Shown here: one piece after another, positions 54,405 to 64,000 of the stretch | Layout of the letters: each line of letters opens with the position of its first letter | How positions within the stretch are numbered: position 1 is the stretch's first letter | Assembly: GCA_963693365.1 (NCBI GenBank) | Contig: CAVNZM010000010.1 | Coordinates: 7,193,794 to 7,257,793, forward strand | Reading direction: 5' to 3' | DNA length: 64,000 bases | Origin: Amoebidium appalachense | Taxonomy: Eukaryota; Protista; Ichthyosporea | Position numbers and translations under genes: made by a program | The notes under the pieces: model-generated | Told to the model about the DNA's origin: nothing | Database searches by the model: none | What the model saw: the letters and a program-made list of their open reading frames with translations, nothing else

Positions 54405-54524
54405 CAAGCGCTTTTCAGGCTTCCACAGTGTCCCCGGGCCCCCACCACCACCTCAAAAACCACCACCACCACCACCACCACCACCACCACCACCCTCTCA
54501 CACACACATTTCTACACCGACAAT

Positions 54525-63530
<9,006 letters not shown>

Positions 63531-63680
63531 GTATGACCCCCCCCCCCCCCCCCCCCCCCTTATATCCACTCCCCCCCCCCCCCCTCCCCCCCCCCCCCCC
63601 CCCGCGCCTCCCCGCGGTGCCCGCCTTCATCTGGTATCCTTGTTGCACTTAAAGGTGTGTGTAGCATATTGTACCCCATA

Positions 63681-64000
63681 CCCCCCCCCCCCCCCCTCCC
63701 CCCGATCCCTTCCCCCTCCTTTCTTTAATCTCTATTGCAGAAAAGAGCAAAGAAAAGAAGCTGCTGCCAGCACCATTGCACACACATCCATATGGACCAA
63801 TTAACATTCGGGCATGTCAAGCAAGTTATCGTGAAAAGCAACAGATGCCCCCCCCCCCCCCCCCCCCCCCCCCGATCCCTTCCCCCTCCTTTCTCTAATC
63901 TCTATTGCAGAAAAGAGCAAAGAAAAGAAGCTGCTGCCAGCACCATTACACACACATCCATATGGACCAATTAACATTCGGGCATGTCAAGCAAGTTATC
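63681..64000. repeat. Tandem duplication of ~170 bp in an OPA1 intron, running off the window
   Basis: C-run + CGATCCCTTCCCCCTCCTTT...GCATGTCAAGCAAGTTATC occurs twice (~63703 and ~63873). Confidence 0.85.

Overview
Eukaryotic, intron-rich DNA, most likely from a unicellular holozoan such as an ichthyosporean. This is inferred from an animal-type OPA1 and NBS1 and from introns packed with poly-C/poly-G and (CA)n/(TG)n; the species cannot be fixed from sequence alone. Almost all ORFs in the track are microsatellite translations. Manual exon chaining gives four spliced genes: (1) a minus-strand ~1200-aa chromatin protein with zf-MYND, DDT, PHD, WHIM1 and WHIM2/3 (3649-21176); (2) nibrin/NBS1 (minus, 25125-40043); (3) COX6B (plus, 42038-44144); (4) the 5' half of OPA1 (plus, 54525 to the window end). 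Also present: a probable PP1-docking (RVxF) protein, two orphan ORFs, two truncated copies of a LINE-type retrotransposon, two TIR elements and several minisatellites. The most unusual signals are (a) a ~280-nt structured, covarying, probably pseudoknotted repeat that ends in poly(C) and lies in the host-sense orientation in every intronic copy, (b) a strand-specific intron grammar with C-runs just after 5' splice sites and G-, TG- or CA-rich 3' ends instead of polypyrimidine tracts, and (c) the MYND-DDT-PHD-WHIM domain order.
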